DNA of 63,455 bases, filler included, from Intoshia linei (Eukaryota > Animalia > Orthonectida): NCBI GenBank assembly GCA_001642005.1. It is 10 parts of 10 records of this genome, joined end to end, with 100 filler letters (N's around TTAATTAATTAA, not from the genome) between each part and the next. Parts side by side here need not be neighbours in the genome. Positions count along the whole stretch, not along the records: positions 24,040 to 25,448 come from LWCA01002633.1; positions 25,549 to 45,581 come from LWCA01000695.1; 8 more parts are not named here. One strand, given 5' to 3'. This document shows, piece after piece, positions 25,275 through 37,985 of the stretch (positions are counted from its first letter, which is position 1; every line of letters begins with the position of its first letter). Under the pieces are notes generated by a model. It ran no database searches. It saw only the letters and a list, made by a program, of their open reading frames with translations, and was not told the origin of the DNA. The translations under genes and the position numbers were made by a program.

Positions 25275-25448
25275 AATCCGCTTTTACTACCATAGATTAG
25301 ATTTTGCACCATCTGTCTTAATGGATACAAGTTTATGGATAAGAATATTTTTTGTTGACAATAACGTTTTAAATGAGTTATATAAATCAATAACTCTTGT
25401 TCTTTCATTAAGGCTTATCATTCCAATCATTTCTTCTTTTGTATTCCA
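25275..25448 (-). mobile_element. hAT (Buster/SPIN-like) transposase fragment
   Basis: The minus strand reads KEEMIGMISLNERTRVIDLYNSFK...KLVSIKTDGAKS, which includes the second catalytic Asp motif (TDGA). Confidence 0.75.
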
Positions 25449-28282
25449 NNNNNNNNNNNNNNNNNNNNNNNNNNNNNNNNNNNNNNNNNNNNTTAATTAA
25501 TTAANNNNNNNNNNNNNNNNNNNNNNNNNNNNNNNNNNNNNNNNNNNNATGAAATTTGTGAGAGATCTCTGGGATATGTAAAAAAATTTGTCGACCGTAA
25601 TACTGTTGACATTGAAACAAAATTACTGTTAAATTTTAAAAACTATTGTTTCCATGATTTATTGTAATTTTTTCAAGATAAAGTATTTTCGTTTTTTTTC
25701 CTGATTGTAATTAATTAAAACGAAGAAACTAATAATACAAAAAAAACTACACTCAATTGCCTCGAATCTGCATAACATTTTACATATCGTCATACAAAAA
25801 TTATAAAAATTAATCGATTAGAACAAACACAGTTCAATTTTTTAGCTCGGCTTCTAGAGTTCATATTACTTTTTTTCATTAAACTGTGTTTAAAACGTTA
25901 ATAACTGAATTTCAAACATGGGACACTCAGATTTTCATATTTAAAATAAATTTATTGTTATTATAAATGTTAGTATTTTTAAATTTGACCAATATTACAA
26001 AAACTACTTTTTTAGGAAAAAACACCCTGTGAGGTTAAATATTAAAATTTGTGTGTGCAAATTTGGCATATGTCTTAGTGAGTTATACATTAATCATATC
26101 CATCTTTAAAAAAAAGAAATGGCGCCAATTAAGAAAAAGGGGAAAAAGCGCGCGAAAACCTTAAAATTCAAAAAGGGTACACATTTTTATGGTCATTTTT
26201 TCTAAAATTTTATTTTTATGGGTTTTAAAGTACCCTCTTCAAGGTAGGGGTGGATTTTTTTCGAATCGAAAATTTTGTAAAAAATAAACAGCCCTAATGT
26301 ATGTATGTTAATATATGTATGTTGCATTTTAATTTTTAATTGTTATAAACCAGTGAAATTTGTAACTGATGTGATATATTGATGAGAACAAGTTTTATCA
26401 TTTACGATAAATGGCATACAAAAAGGAATTCAAGTACTTTTTCTGGGAAATACATTTCCGTCATATAAATTAACCTGTTTTTTATGACGATAAACAATTT
26501 TAAGAATAAAGAATAACATTCATTTAAAAGGTACTTACATATGACGGAATTGACAGAACAAAACTTGTAAATATTCTATTTTAAAATAATTAAATTTAGT
26601 ACAAGTGTTAGTGTATATTAAATCTTTCTACATGCATAAACTTAATATTAAATATATACTTAATATATATGTATAATGTTTAAAAAAATATAAATGTGTA
26701 ATGATAATTATTGTGGTGAATTTAACATTTTTGCGGCTGAATTGGTGGAAAGTTTGTGCACCCCTGATCTAGTGATAAATATAATTATACTCATGATAAT
26801 ACATCAATTCATGACAAATTTTCAAGAATCGCTATTTAAATTCAAAAAAAAACTATTTTTTTTTTGGACACTGTGTGTGATGCCTAGCTTATTGATTTTT
26901 AATTTTTTATGTTTGCGTACTTCCTTTCTGGTGTTGATAAGATTAACATTTTTTTATTATTTCAATAAATTTAATATTAGAAATTAAGTAAAGAAAATGT
27001 TTTTTAAATTTTCAAGGTTTAAATTATGCATATCCATAACCAAAATATATTAATTTATTTTATATCACTGTTAAATTAAAATAAAAAAATAATTCTTTCA
27101 TTTTTGAAATTTAAAAACTGATATTTTCCACATATATTTTATATGTACGTTTTATTACTTTGAATAGTTGACATAAAATTTAAAGAATTGATAAAGCAAT
27201 AAATTGGATCAAAAAATGAATTATTTTTGAATAATTATTTTAATAACTTGGTAAAATTAGATCTAATTATTGAATAAATTTAAACGTTAAAATTGGTATC
27301 ATGTTGTAAATGTTTAACAGTAAACCTATTTTTTAGTTTTCATTGATCCAATTGTTGATTTGTAAACATTTTGTTGCAAATATATGTCATATAACAGTTT
27401 CGTAAAGATGTACCTTTATGCATTCCTAGAATGTAATCTACTGACATAAATAAAAATGGGAATAGTATGACAACAGTATATTGTACTAGCACAAATAATA
27501 ATAAAAACACGTGTATTCAAGTGAAATTTTAATTTACATTTCTGTATTGTTTTGCTTTATTTCTATACTGGGACAATAACAAATTTGCAAATTTGTTTTT
27601 TCAATTCAAATTGTTTATTTTAAGGCGTACATTTGCTCTTAAATTTGTATATACACAAAAATTTATCCAAAAATATACTGGTAATTTTATATATCCATTT
27701 TTTACCATTTTGGTTTATAATTGATGGTGAATTTTTGTTATTACAATTTTGTACATTAATCTACTAATTACAGTGTATGTAATAGCCATACAAAAGTTTT
27801 AACTTGACTAAAGTAAATTTGTTAATGGCATTTTTTTCTTTGCTGACCTTGACCGACATTTAAAATTATAAAAATAAGATAAAATCTACTGTTCATTTTT
27901 AGCGTTTAGTAATTTTTGTGTATTTTGAGTAATACTACATAATTATGATTTAATCATTTAACTAAATGGGTATGAAATATATCCTAATTATGATAAATTT
28001 TCTTTTGAAGTCACTATTTAATTAATTGATTAAAGTTTTGATATAAACGTCATTATTATGTTAAGTAAATTTTGAAAATATTTTTATATTACAAGACTAT
28101 ATTTCAAAGAGAAAAATTAGTGTTAGAAATTGTGAAAATATTGGTTATAAACTTGTGTTTATGTGTATTTATTCTTTTTCAGTAAAACAGAACAAAATAA
28201 GCTACATCTATCTAAATATTAGCACTGTTTAATACTGAATACTATTACTATTATTTGATTACACCCTAGCAGCTAATTATCC

Positions 28283-31200
28283 ATGGACAGCTTAAACATG
28301 CCAATAGTTGAAAAAGTCATGTCGGACAATGAAATAGATGTTGTAAACATTGATTTAAATGCCATGAATGGGTACATGAAACAAAATTCTGTAGAAAAAG
28401 AAAATTCAAAAGATCCAGAATCAAATGACGATAAAAGTGGGTCTGCTGATATTACAGACTGTGATATGATGATGTCTGGTACGTCTACTCTACAAGAAGA
28501 CAAGTTTTTCGATACTCTGGACGAAAAGCCTTCCAGTGTGACAAATAACGATTTTCCACTTAACCTTGTTTTAGTCAAACAGGAAAATATTAAAGGAAAT
28601 AGAATTTCAAATATTTGTGCTGGTAATTCACACTTTAATATTTTTAACGTCAAAACTTTTTTTAACATAGAATTAAGCAAAAATAGTTACAACGATTTGT
28701 ATGTACAATGTACATCAACTATTTTACATTGAAAATAAATTATAAACAGACCATATTTACTATACATTTTTCTGTTTTTATCGTACCAGTGTAACATATT
28801 CGTGTTAAACGATTCACTCAAACGTACAAACGGCTTTATTTTGATAGTATTAACTTACACTACTCAGTCATGTATACGTTTCAATCATTTATACGTTAAA
28901 ATTTCGTTCTTATTTGACAAATTAATCAATTTTAACAAACATAAAAATAGTACAGTTATATCTAATTACTATAATGTAAATTAACTAGCTAATTTTAACC
29001 TTTTCAACTAAATATTTGAATTATGATTAATATATCCAAAAAGTGACGAATAATTAAATTAATACCAAATATAATGTAATTATGACATGGATAAATACTT
29101 TTTTCTGTACAGTTGACCTATTTCTGTGGCAAGGTCAAAACTCAACCAAGTAAATTTATTAAATTATTAACCTTATTAAATTGCAAGTTTTATGCAGGTA
29201 TAATATTTTTAAATTACGGGACCTTTGTCATAAAATTCAGAGCTTTAGAAAAGGGCACGCAGAAATTTTCTAGACCATCGTCTGTCATTCTTTGCGGTGT
29301 TTACATTTTGTAAACTCTAAAAATAATGTTTGCGTTTATAAGAATTACTGATATAATTAGAATTTAACCTATGGTGTAGATTTTTTTATTAGAACAAATA
29401 ATTTTGCACATTAATGCCTTTTTCGTTTTAAAAATTTAAAAAAATTTTGAAATCTGTTCAATTATTACATGAGAGGAAAGATAAATAAATTAAGTTAATA
29501 CAAATAAGTAAACGTTAAATCAAAAATTAAAAAGTTCAAAATCTTATATCTTTTTGGCCAAAACTACAAATTACCCTTTTTTGAAAATGAAAATTTCAAT
29601 TCCAGAAAACATACGGTATACATTGAATTTTTACATCGTTAATTGCTGATTCCGTTTAATTTTGTTAGAATCTCAATAATAAAAATGATATTTTTGGTGA
29701 ACAGTAATAATGGAATAAATATGAATAAAGAGCCTAATTTTTTTATTCCATGGGTCTATTGGAATCAATTTAACCACCCCTATCGTATAGGTGATATTGA
29801 TTTATTATTCCTTTCTCAAATATAGATACATTTTGATGTAAAATAAAAAGTACGTGTGTTATTTCTTTTTTTTTATATTAAACATGCAAAAATGTTAGTA
29901 TTATAATAACGTATTTGATATATTTATCATAATTTTATTGACTTATCGATGAAATTAGTTTCAAACGAATGACGCAAAATTAATACGGATTAACAAACTA
30001 ATAATTATAGTTATGACACATAGCGATATTCTTTATATTTTGCATCTTTACAAATATTGAATTTGTTGATTTTGTTCCATGTTAATTATCAAATGTTTTA
30101 TTATTGTTGTGATTCCATTGTCTCATCGCTGTTGATTTTTCCAGTTTGTTGATAATTCGTTGGTTTTATGGAAATAAATAAACAAATTTTATTTACACTA
30201 TTAATAGTTTGATTGTCATTTACAATTACAATAATTTATGGGTAATTTTGAAAAATTTTAAATTTGTATGGTAATATATTAACATTTAGCTCTACCTGCA
30301 AATTCTAAAGAAGACACAAGACCTATTGAAACTAATTGCTTAAATGATGTGGATATTAAACCAAATGACATAAAACTTGAAATGAATAACGGTAAAAGAC
30401 ATAAAGAGATGGAAAATAACGTTGAAGATAAAAGAAGTAAATTCTTTAATTCTGTTCAAGAAATCAACCAATTTATGCACGCCCTCAGCAATTGTACACA
30501 GAATGGTAAATATGACGAGTTATTGAATAGTTTGAAAACTAATGGAGGTTTGATTTTTAATTTTTAAAAATATTAAAATTTTAAATTTTAGTGAAAAACA
30601 ACTCTGAAAATGACAAAGTTAAAGAGTATATTTACAAATTTGGAAAACTAGCTCAAAATTTTAGTGAGACTTCCCTTGATACAGAAAAAAATTTATCAGG
30701 TGTAGATAAAAACATAATGAAACAAAATAGTTACATAAACTCCACCATCAATCAAGGTAGAAGTCTTGAAAAAGAAGCAGAATTAAATGACAAACCTCAA
30801 CAAGATATATTATTGTACTTGAGAAATTTGCAAAATATGGATAAAAAGAAGAATATGAACGGAAATGATTGGAATGGAATCAAGGTTGATACTTTAAACC
30901 CCTTGTACCAAAAAGAAAAAAACACATCAAATTTAAACGACAAAAATGCATTTTTTGAATCTTTACAATCAAATAACCCAAATTCAAATTTGTCACAATT
31001 TCTCATGAACCTCCTACCAAATTATAATGCGTCCATGATTTCCAATATATCAAACAATTCTAATGTCTTTCAAAATACCACTCTCACAAAATCCCTTATC
31101 TATGCCAAAGTATTGGATTCACTCAAAATGCAATATGCGGGGATAGAAGAAAATGTTATACAAAATCAAAATATCCATGAAATGGCAGCACATTTAAAAG

Positions 31201-32229
31201 AGTTTATTAATCAAAAGTATTGTCAATGGCCAAATTGTAACACTCAATTTTACAGCTTGGATTCTAGCTTATCGTAATAATTTTTGTTTACTATTATTTA
31301 TTTTTGGATTTAGCCATATGTACTTGTCCCACAATTTTGATCAACAAAGTATTAAAAATCTGGCGGATCAGCGTAATAAAATCAATCAGTTGGAATTTCA
31401 GTTGCAAAAAGAAACTAAACTCTTTAATTTAATGAAAAGACATCTTGAATTTCTCAAAATTATTGAAGATCAGGCGAATTTTCAGGTTTTTTTGTAGTAA
31501 TTTCGTTTTTCATTTGATTAGAGCAATTATGACAAGGCCAATTTTGAAAAACCCAGTCAGTATGATTGGTTAACTAATAATCAGGAAAATCGACCAAAAC
31601 GCCAATTATCCAATTCTGCTCAACGTAGAGCCGGATTCATTAAATTCAAATTTACCGCACCCGATGTAAACCATAGAAAACACTATTTACATTCGGATGC
31701 ACGACCACCATTTACCTACGCTGCTCTAATTAGACAGGTTTAAATTATATTTCCTTCTTCATATTCATTTTCCATTTAGGCCATCATTGAAAGTTCAAGT
31801 TCTCAGCTGTCTCTAAATGATATATACACTTGGTTTGAGAAAAATTTTGTATTTTTTCAAAAAAATAGATCTACCTGGAAAGTAAGTTAAAACCAAACAG
31901 TTATTATATTATATACTTAGAATGCTGTAAGACACAATCTTAGTTTACATAAATGCTTTATTCGTGAAGAAAATGGTCGTGGTTCAGTCTGGACTGTAAA
32001 TGACACTGAATTTGATTCTCGTAAATCTCGAAGAGTTAGTCGATTTCTCAAACCATCTAATATGGTTTTAGGGAAAGAAGAAACCTTTATTAATGAACTA
32101 GAATCTGATTATCCGAACGATTTAATTGACATGATGGAACCTCTCGATTTACAAATGAAGGATAGCTCTATCCATTCAAATATCAAAGATGATGACATTT
32201 CAAGTCCGACCTTTAAAAATCCTTCATGA
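28283..32229 (+). CDS. FoxP: Forkhead box P transcription factor (7 exons)
   Basis: Exons 28283-28622 (least certain, phase-compatible), 30290-30547, 30592-31273, 31314-31485, 31522-31737, 31780-31881 and 31921-32229. C2H2 finger CQWPNC...HMYLSH, zipper [11 protein letters not shown]...MKRHL, forkhead [12 protein letters not shown]|AI...STWK|[13 protein letters not shown]. Confidence 0.95.
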
Positions 32230-32357
32230 TGTGTCAAATATTTATTTTTCTAAATTTTGATATTTTAATGTTTGTTAAATACGAAAATCTGTATATGAAT
32301 AAAATATATTTTTATGTATTCCATTCAGTTTCGTGTAAACATTTCCGTATTGGGCTG

Positions 32358-32582
32358 CAGAGCCGAACTTAGTAAGCTCGAGGCCATCGAAAATTAAAAC
32401 TCGCCCTTAAAAATTTTCTCAAAAAAATTGTAGTGACATAGCCCTTAACCTCAACCATCTCTCTCAGTCTCTTGAGTTGATATTTTAAATTTAAAACAAA
32501 AGGTATGATATTCAAGAATAATTATTTGTAATTTGATAAGAAGAGGCCCAAAGAGATGTCGGGGACGATATGTTTGGCACTG
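32358..32582. mobile_element. hAT MITE, family B copy
   Basis: CAGAGCCGAAC...GTTTGGCACTG ends. Flanks TTGGGCTG / TTTGTCTG match 6/8. Confidence 0.75.
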
Positions 32583-33231
32583 TTTGTCTGGCTTAATTTT
32601 GAATTTTTTTATGTTTCGTGGGTCACTTTCTAAATAAAATAAATTTTTATAAAATTATTGCAAAAATATCGTATAATTGAGTAAATTTAAAAAAAGTTGG
32701 CCGCTGAGCACTCTCTGGATTTTCAAATTTATCAAAGTAAGGTTAAATTAAACTTTTAGACACTTTTTTTAAATGCAAATTTTTTTCCAATTTATCCACT
32801 TTTTAAACAATTATTTTCATTTTGTTGTAATCTTGTATATAAATTCCAGGGAAATTAAATTTATATCAATACAAAAATTGCAAAATTTTTAGTTATTCGT
32901 TTCATTTTACTTTATTGTTTTATTTCACCTTTTAAATTTCAAAATTTTAACAAACTTGACTAAAAAATGGTAAATTTCCAATTGAATAAATAAAAATAAA
33001 ACTTAATTATTGTACAGTTAATTTTAATGAAAATGCTAGAAGGATATAATTAATAATAAACAAATACAATGCATAAATCAAATGCAATATATTCCATATA
33101 CTGTATTTAAATTGAAACTTAAAATGTAATTGTTGAATTGTTTTTTATACGTGTATGTTAGAAACAGTAATAGATAATTAGAGCAGAAAATAAAAATTGA
33201 AAATATTGATTATTGAATATAACTTGAGGGT

Positions 33232-36200
33232 ATGGGGACCAACGGAATAATAGAATCATTTGAATGTTATTTTTATGATCAAAACACAAAAGAAAACTTA
33301 ATGGAAGAGAAACATTTTCGTCGACGTCAACGATTGAACCGTTTGTTTTCGAGTAACATAAACACTAAAGAAAGTACAAAACAATCTATAAAAAATGCAC
33401 AAAAAAAAAAACAAATAAATGTATTGCAATCTTTAGATAGTACAGACGATAAACAGACATCCTTGGAATTGACAAGTAAAACGTCGACAGACATATCCCT
33501 AGAAAAACCTAGTGAACATTCTAGTAATGTCAATTCAATATTTCTTAATAATGAATATTTTCAAAATTTTCAAAGACTCAATTACTATCTGTTAAAGAAA
33601 GAGTCTTCGAGAATACTATTGATGTTAAACACTCAATTAATAATACTGGTTCCAAACGTAAAGTCAACCTGTTTCCATAAAAATTTTTTTAAAAATATAA
33701 ATTGGCCTAATGTGATAATTAGATATTTAAACTTTACAACTACACAATTAAAATCACAATCTAATCACTCTTACCGTACCTGGCAAACTTTATCATCGTA
33801 TACCTATTCCACACCGACTAAAAATTCTGAACCAGTGATTAACAAACACGACAAAAATTTAGAAATAAAAATAGATTTCAATCCCTACACTTCGCAAACA
33901 CCCGTTAAAGGGGTCAAACACAAAGACCTGAAAGATCAAAACGATGTCAAACTAGATGATTCTACTAAAACAATTAAAATTATCATGAATGGACCCACAT
34001 CAAATAAACAAATTTACCATGAAACTAACCGTTCCAGCAAAAACCCGGGTACATTTAAATATCATTTAATAATCCATTTTTATAGAAAGGAAAAGCTCAG
34101 TGTGCTCAAGTCGACTGAGCCGACATGAAAAATTCAGCAAAACTGTATATGATATTTCAGGGTACCATGCAGTTATCCAACTACAATTATCATCCCTCAA
34201 ATGTAAAGAAATGGGTTGGATTAATGAAAACGCGACGTCTCCAAAACTTGTAAATATTTACAGATGCGCGTTACACTATTTTGTAACCCTAATGAAAGTA
34301 AAAAATGATCGAGAGGCTATTAAGACAACTAGAAATGTAAACAATTTGAAATTATACAGTCGAAGCAGGTTGAATTCAGCAAAATCCCATCTATCTAGAA
34401 TAAAAAGTGCTCCAAGCGTATCAACTAAAGTCAATTTTTTAAAAATTGATAACTGGGTTAGAAATTTGAGTATATTTAGTTTTAATTTTCCGGATGGCTC
34501 CAATATACTCAGGTATCCAAATAAATTAATAGCTATTTTGCACATGAAAAAAATTATGATTATTTACGATATTGATGGAAAAATACTGGCACAGTATTTG
34601 TACAAGACTAACAATTTCATCGTTTATGATACTAAAAATGATGTGGATAAAAGTTTACTCTGTTTCAATAACAGTCGGAATATTAAGTTCCAATGCGATA
34701 AAACTGGTGTATGGAGTGTTGGTCGGAATGGAAAAAATATTACCTTTTTCAAATGGAGTCAATTTATAGTTTCATGTCAATTTGTCACCATCTCGGTAAT
34801 ACATTCAAAAAATTAAATACAGTATTCTCTCTCCAATTCGACATTTTTCTCAAAAGAGGGGTGACCCTAGATTTTTTTAAAACTTGAAAAAATTTAAGTT
34901 TTAAAACAACTTTAAAGTATAATTTGTAAACGTTCATATAATATAGTAGAATCATGGAGTCGTCAAACTTTTTTCGTCATAAACCCTCATTTTTAATATA
35001 AAATTAATTTATATATATTAAATATTAAAATTAAAGTGTCCACTTTTTTAATGTCTAAAATTTAAAAAAGCACAATTTCTAATAAAGATTTGCGAAAATG
35101 TTGCATTGACGAAATTGAGTCCTTCTAAGTTAAAAACCCTTTTCTTTTTTTTAAGTTATCAAATAAAAAAATGAATACCAAAGTGTTTTTGACTGTGAAA
35201 GCGTCACCTTGTTGGTTTAAAATTTTTTGTGTGTGTTAACTGGATACAATCGTATCATCAGTAATTTTTTTTAAATTCTAGGGCTGTTTTCATTTTTAAA
35301 AAAAAGGGTAAGATGTGGTTTTTATCATGAAAATATAGGTTTCTGAGGCTGAAATTTATAAAATGTTAATGCTTTTAAAACGCCTCCAAGAATTGATGTT
35401 TTTTGAATATTTAGGGTTGATTTTAGTTTTAAAAAAGGGCAAATTAGGTTTTTTACCCTGAAAGACTCAATTTGAAAACTGTATTAGAAATCGGGGTTTT
35501 TAAATTGTACGATGTAAATTATTTAAATAAACAGTAATTTTATATACGAATTAAAATTTGCGTTTTATTACACAACATTTTGCAAATTAATACTAAAAAA
35601 ATAGTGAATAATTAAAAAATAACGAATAAAAAAATAAAATAATTTTAGACCATTTTGTTTCGTTTTATAGAGAAAAAAATCTAACTCAGAAATTTGCGTC
35701 CGGTCAAAAACACAATTAAAATTTTATTTATTATAATATTAAAAAAAATAATAATTATGTTAATTGATCTAAAAGTACAACTAAGAATTGTAAATATTGA
35801 TGACAGAGCCAAATCTACCTACCGAGACACCTTTTAGGGGGACTTTAACGAAAGTTTTGACTATCTTTACTATTTTCTGTGTTAAATTTAAAATGTCAAA
35901 ACCATATCCGCAAAGTTTTGTGGCAAAACACAATTTTGTTAAAATAAACATTATTTAATAGGGAGTCCGTAGATTTTTAATTTTAACTCTTTGAGAGTCC
36001 ATCGCATGTATTCCCCTTATTTAGATTAACGTTAATAACATTTAAATAATATTAAGGATATTATTAAAAACCTTATAACCTAGCTCAACAAATGGCTAAC
36101 ACTTCGAATAAAGTCAAGTGTTAATATTGAATTAATTTTCAATTGTGACTACGAGAATTATTGTATAAATATAACGGATCCCTGTGAAATAACTTATACA

Positions 36201-37960
36201 CTGCAAAAAGAAAATGAAATGGATGAATTTTCTTACAAATGCGCAAATTATGATAAAAAGGGTCAAAGTGCTCCAAATAAAAGGTTACCTAATAAAGATA
36301 ACAATAAACAATTTTTGGACATTAATAAACCAGCTTTATTTTGTAACATCAAGTATACATCGAGAACTGCTAGAAAAATAATTCAAAACATGAAAAGTAA
36401 AAATAGGGACAAAAGTTCCATTAAATATGCCAAGACTAACTTGGTTTGTCATATAATGTATTGATATTCATACTATTTTAGCAATCGCAATCTTTAGCCC
36501 ATAAAAACAGTATACTTGTTACAATGAATCAAAAATTAAGGTAAATCCTTGTAACTTTGTTACTAATTAAGTATATACGTTATACTGTACAATAGCCATT
36601 GTTTCAGTTTTGAACGGATGGCCACTGGCCTCAATTCTAAAACATAATAATAAAAATACATGTAATGAATGTATAATACAGAACCAGGAAGCTAGGGGTC
36701 TACAACCGTAAATCTGACTAAATATTTTCTTGATACATTTCGTAATCGTCTTAAATTCTTTACTTTATTCTGATTAATATAAAAATAAAATAAAAATGCC
36801 ATATTTTTTAACCATTTCTAATATTCATGTTATTTTGAAACTACTGGTAGAGTAAATATTCATTTATTTTAAATTACAATTTGGAACAGGTCAAAGCACG
36901 ACACGACTCAAAATATATTGATTATTCAATTAAATTTTTAGATTCCTGGCAGATAAATGGTTACAGTTTTACCGAAAAAAACTAAAAATTATTAAAACGT
37001 CATTAGAAAAAATCCAAGGTATCAAAGATATAACCATTTTATAAATATATTTAGTTAAACAAACATTACCTAGTGTATCATTTAGGTATCTTTTATTTTA
37101 CACATTTTTATATACAAAAAAATATATACATTTAATGTATATTTTATAATTAAAAATATTAAATTTAAGACGTGAACATGATTTAAATGCATATTACCTA
37201 AAAAGATTAAAATCACTGAAAAGAGATACATTTATTTGCCCTGAAAATCTGCGTAGGGCAGTCTATTCTACAATATCATTGAGTAAAGACTTCGATAAAA
37301 ATAAATGTTTTTGTTCCGTCAAAGAAATCACCCATCTCTCTGATTTTGAATTAAAGTATTACATAGACTCTTCAAAAGTTACTCAACAACTGCTGATTCT
37401 CATTATAATTGCTAGCGGGTATAAAATAAAATTGAAAATATAATATCCCATTAGTTCAGTATACGACAAAACTGGATACAACACTATGCTAAACCTTTAC
37501 GGAAAGATGCAAAAAGATCGAGTACACGTGTGCAAGGAATCTGAAAACGATAAATATCGTTTATTTTTATATGACATTGATCAAGATTACTTTAAAAGGG
37601 TGTATAATTGCAGTGTTCATCCAATGACAAACATTCCGTCTTCCATTTTAAAAGATCGACACAACATAAAACCCGGAATGTTCATGGTATATTAAAAATT
37701 TTAATTTATAATCTGCACATCTACACTGTATAATAATCTTAGATTTACAAAAATGGAGTATTATTATTTTGTAATTATATATTTGATGGATACGGTAAAA
37801 CTATTCGTCATTTTAACAATCAGGTGACAAAATTGGCTGATCTATCCCAAACAGGGTTTTATATTCCGAATGATTTTCAATTTAGGTAAACGTTTTGAAA
37901 ATAAGTTTAATTTTCAATTGTAGTTCGAACGAAAGACTGACATCAAATTTTAATAAATAA
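33232..37960 (+). CDS. FAM194-domain protein, C3orf20-like; middle exons tentative
   Basis: A 37-nt intron (34049-34085) fuses ORFs 33232 and 34100. FPDGSNILRYPNKLIAI...FFKWSQ resembles FAM194. Later exons read CPENLRRA...CFCSVKEITHLSDFEL, YRLFLYDI, HNIKPGMFM|IYKNGVLLFCNYIFDGYG and GFYIPNDFQFS, matching the recalled C3orf20 C-terminus. Stop at 37958-37960. Confidence 0.75.
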
Positions 37961-37985
37961 AACTATCCCTTTTATAAATTGGTCT

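Noticed and set aside
33232-34816. Overlapping ORFs 33232-34128 and 34100-34816 as a programmed frameshift
   Set aside because: A 37-nt GT-AG intron (34049-34085) joins them in frame.
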